Positions 61,288 to 64,000 of a stretch of DNA of 64,000 nucleotides are shown here, one piece after another. Every line of letters starts with the position of its first letter. Positions within the stretch are counted from its first letter, which is position 1. The stretch is taken from NCBI GenBank assembly GCA_024694055.1, contig JAILKC010000071.1, positions 3,789-67,788 of the forward strand, in the 5' to 3' direction. Source of the stretch: Lachnospiraceae bacterium. Lineage in GTDB: Bacteria > Bacillota > Clostridia > Lachnospirales > Lachnospiraceae. The notes beneath the pieces were generated by a model. The model saw only the letters and a program-made list of their open reading frames with translations, was not told the DNA's origin and searched no databases. Position numbers and translations under genes: made by a program.

Positions 61288-62319
61288 ATGAAACTCAGTA
61301 TAATTGTACCCGTCTATAATATGGCGGCAGACGACAAACTTACATATTGCCTTGATTCGCTTATAGCGCAGACGATTGATGATTATGAGATCATAGCCGT
61401 GGATGATTGCTCAACGGATGATTCGTATATGATCATGCAGGAATATGAGAAAAGATATCCTGATAAGTTTCGCGCCATCCACAGTGAGGTCAATCTCCAC
61501 CAGGGTGGAGCCAAGAATATCGGAATAAAGGCCGCAAAGGGTGACTGGATCGGATTTATAGATGCAGATGACTGGATCGTACCCGACTACTATGAGAGAA
61601 TGATAGGCAAAGCAGAGGAAACGGGCGCTGATATTGTGGGATGTGATTATACCATTGTGCATGGTCATACCTATGAGATCGGAGAGATTGATACCAATGG
61701 AAGAGCGGATCAGGTCGGGGTACTTGATCATGATAAAAAGAGAAGCCTTATTTTAGACAGCGGTTCTTTGTGTGTAAAGATTTTTAAGAGGAAGACCATC
61801 CTTGATAATGAACTATGGTTTCCGGAACATATCTTTTATGAGGATAATGCTCTTGGCAATTCATATATGCTCACCGGAACACATTTTGAATATATACAGG
61901 AACCCTTATACTACTATTATCAGCATGGAGATTCTACGGTACATTCTTTCTCTGTCAAGAGATGTGAAGACAGGATGGAAGCCGGAAGGCTTATGATAGC
62001 GGAAGCAAAAAGACTGGGATTTTATGAAGAGTTCAAGGACGAACTGGAATATAAGTTCACTCAGCTTTTCTATGTGAATACACTCTTTACATATATGCCC
62101 TGTGTTCGTCCGACCAAGGTGGGTTTTGTAAAAGCGATGACAGCTGAGTTGCTCTCATTTTTTCCGGACTTTAAGGAGAATGAATATTACAGAGAGCGCA
62201 CGCCTAAAGAAGAAAAGCGCCTGATCGATATGGCGTGTGACAGTGCGCTTAAGTTCTATGTGTACTATAAACTTTTATGGGCATACAGGAATATGAGAAA
62301 GAAGGTAAGCAGAAGATGA
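61288..62319 (+). CDS. Glycosyltransferase family 2
   Basis: SIIVPVYN, VDDCSTD, QGGA.N.G, FIDADD and YED motifs. Confidence 0.92.
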   Translation: MKLSIIVPVYNMAADDKLTYCLDSLIAQTIDDYEIIAVDDCSTDDSYMIMQEYEKRYPDKFRAIHSEVNLHQGGAKNIGIKAAKGDWIGFIDADDWIVPDYYERMIGKAEETGADIVGCDYTIVHGHTYEIGEIDTNGRADQVGVLDHDKKRSLILDSGSLCVKIFKRKTILDNELWFPEHIFYEDNALGNSYMLTGTHFEYIQEPLYYYYQHGDSTVHSFSVKRCEDRMEAGRLMIAEAKRLGFYEEFKDELEYKFTQLFYVNTLFTYMPCVRPTKVGFVKAMTAELLSFFPDFKENEYYRERTPKEEKRLIDMACDSALKFYVYYKLLWAYRNMRKKVSRR

Positions 62320-63011
62320 AAACACTTGCGATAATTACAGCGCGTGGCGGAAGCAAGCGTATACCAAGAAAAAATATCAAGGAATTTAACGGTAAGCCCA
62401 TAATGGCTTATTCGATTGAGGCGGCCGTAGGATCGGGAGTTTTTGACAGAGTCATGGTCTCAACTGAAGATGAGGAGATAGCTGACATTGCAAAGCGTTA
62501 CGGGGCGGAGGTTCCTTTTTACCGCAGTGAGCAGACAGCGGGCGACTATGCTACCACATCGGATGTGCTAAATGAAGTTATAGCTGAGTATGAAAAGCGT
62601 GGTGAACAATTCGATATTATTGCATGTATCTATCCGACTGCGCCTTTTATCACTGCGGGCAGGCTTAAGGAAGCCGTGGAAGCTTTGCAGAAAAGTGATG
62701 CGGACTCACTTATTCCGGTTGTGAGATTCTCTTTCCCGCCGCAGCGGGCCATGGAGATCCGGGATGGATATTTAGTGTTCAGGCAGCCGGAATACATAAA
62801 TACCAGAAGTCAGGATCTGACCCCGCATTATCATGATGTGGGTCAGTTCTATGTGTTCAGAACAGAGAGTTTTGTTAAGAATCAGCGTATAATGGCCGGT
62901 AAGATATTGCCTATGGAACTTCCTGAAACTGAAGTACAGGATATAGACAATCCTGTAGACTGGCAACTTGCAGAACTTAAGTATAAGCTTATGAGTGAAC
63001 AGAATGGCTAA
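62316..63011 (+). CDS. pseF: Pseudaminic acid cytidylyltransferase
   Basis: AII.ARGGSKRIP.KNIK, CIYPTAP, RSQDL...YHD.GQFY and QDID...DW motifs. Start at ATGA 62316, overlapping the previous stop. Confidence 0.94.
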   Translation: MKTLAIITARGGSKRIPRKNIKEFNGKPIMAYSIEAAVGSGVFDRVMVSTEDEEIADIAKRYGAEVPFYRSEQTAGDYATTSDVLNEVIAEYEKRGEQFDIIACIYPTAPFITAGRLKEAVEALQKSDADSLIPVVRFSFPPQRAMEIRDGYLVFRQPEYINTRSQDLTPHYHDVGQFYVFRTESFVKNQRIMAGKILPMELPETEVQDIDNPVDWQLAELKYKLMSEQNG

Positions 63012-64000
63012 AAAAGACAGGATCTATGTATGTCACACCTTTTATCATGTGTACATATCGGTCATAAAAGAACTGAATCTGAGTAAAGATATGCGTGGAA
63101 ATGCATCTTTGGTCTTAAGTACGATGTCCAATGATTTCGGTAATATCGCGGACAGAATACTTGGTACGGATCTTTTTACGGATGTATATATGTTTGATGA
63201 AAAGGAAGATGTGGTTCTTCCGGAGGTGATGAAATATCACGAGGACAGAGGCAACCTGACCCTTAATCTTTTGCAACGCATCAAATATACCAAGGCTTTG
63301 GGCAGGGCGCAGGAAGAGTATGTCCCTGTGGATTTTAAGGAATATAAAGACATATATGTATTCTGCGATCTTGATCCGATAGGCTATTACTTAAATTATA
63401 AAAAGATAAGATATCATGCACTTGAAGATGGATTGGATACCGTTTTATATTGTGACAATGCAAGATTCAGCAATATCGGGCACTTTGAGATCAAGGCATT
63501 TATGGCTAAGATCGGGCTTATATTTATTGAAAACGGATATTCAAAGTATTGCATTGACATGGAAGTCAACAATGCAAAGGATCTTAAGTATCCGATGAGC
63601 TTTTATAAGGAAGTGCCGAGAAAGCAACTGACGGATAATGTTGCAGAAGAGGACAGACATTATCTGATAGATATATTCATGGAGAATCCTGATAAGCTTT
63701 TAAAGCAGGTGTCCCGGATCAAGGATGATAAGCGTAAGGTTCTTATTCTGTCGGATCCGGTGTGTGATCTCGTTACTCGTAAGAAGATAATGCGTGATAT
63801 AATAAATAGATACTGTGAAGATTCGACGGTGTTCATTAAGCCACACCCGAGGGATGTGCTTGACTATGATACCGATGATTTTTCGGACTGTATCATTCTT
63901 AAGGGCAGATTCCCGATGGAGATGATGAACTATTTCCCAGAACTGCATATGAATCTGGCCCTTTCAATATTTACGACGGTAGACAGTATCGAATTTGCCG
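63004..64000 (+). CDS. Sialyltransferase-like glycosyltransferase (CpsK/Lst, GT52-like), probable pseudaminyltransferase; truncated by the window end
   Basis: Not in the ORF track because it has no stop. My translation starts MAKKDRIYVCHTFYHVYIS and contains in-frame LEDG (63421) and IKPHPRD (63835), the D/E-D/E-G and HP motifs of bacterial sialyltransferases. Confidence 0.82.
   Translation, partial: MAKKDRIYVCHTFYHVYISVIKELNLSKDMRGNASLVLSTMSNDFGNIADRILGTDLFTDVYMFDEKEDVVLPEVMKYHEDRGNLTLNLLQRIKYTKALGRAQEEYVPVDFKEYKDIYVFCDLDPIGYYLNYKKIRYHALEDGLDTVLYCDNARFSNIGHFEIKAFMAKIGLIFIENGYSKYCIDMEVNNAKDLKYPMSFYKEVPRKQLTDNVAEEDRHYLIDIFMENPDKLLKQVSRIKDDKRKVLILSDPVCDLVTRKKIMRDIINRYCEDSTVFIKPHPRDVLDYDTDDFSDCIILKGRFPMEMMNYFPELHMNLALSIFTTVDSIEFA

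Overview
A 64 kb chromosomal window. Gene content and protein style suggest an anaerobic Firmicute, probably Lachnospiraceae/Butyrivibrio-like (inference). Every credible gene is on the + strand. I found no rRNA, tRNA, CRISPR array, transposase or prophage gene. There are three blocks. (1) 1-9.6 kb: a nitrogenase-like H/D/K set with NifX-type proteins, followed directly by a polar amino-acid (cystine/TcyJKLMN-like) ABC importer, a cysteine-desulfidase-family enzyme and a CymR/IscR-type Rrf2 regulator. This context points to sulfur scavenging (methylthio-alkane-reductase-like) rather than N2 fixation. (2) 9.7-21.6 kb: housekeeping genes (mutS2, OmpR/HK pair, small XRE, metallophosphoesterase, DUF1846, ftsH, XpaC/TelA). 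(3) 21.6-64 kb: a large cell-envelope glycan locus. It holds an MBOAT+SGNH O-acyltransferase pair coupled to murL-murD2 (the racemase-independent D-Glu route to peptidoglycan), rmlD, gmd/fcl, many glycosyltransferases, several GT-C-like membrane proteins and a Wzy-type module. It ends in a pseudaminic-acid pathway (pseB, pseI, pseG, pseF, sialyltransferase-like GT). A stand-alone adenylation domain, carrier protein, PLP decarboxylase, AAC(3)-family acyltransferase and DUF4910 peptidase-like protein sit between pseB and pseI, with an ATP-grasp gene after pseG. The best candidates for an undescribed system are this carrier-protein-dependent N-acyl tailoring of a nonulosonic acid and the nitrogenase-like sulfur module. 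All calls come from motif recognition by eye; no database searches were run.
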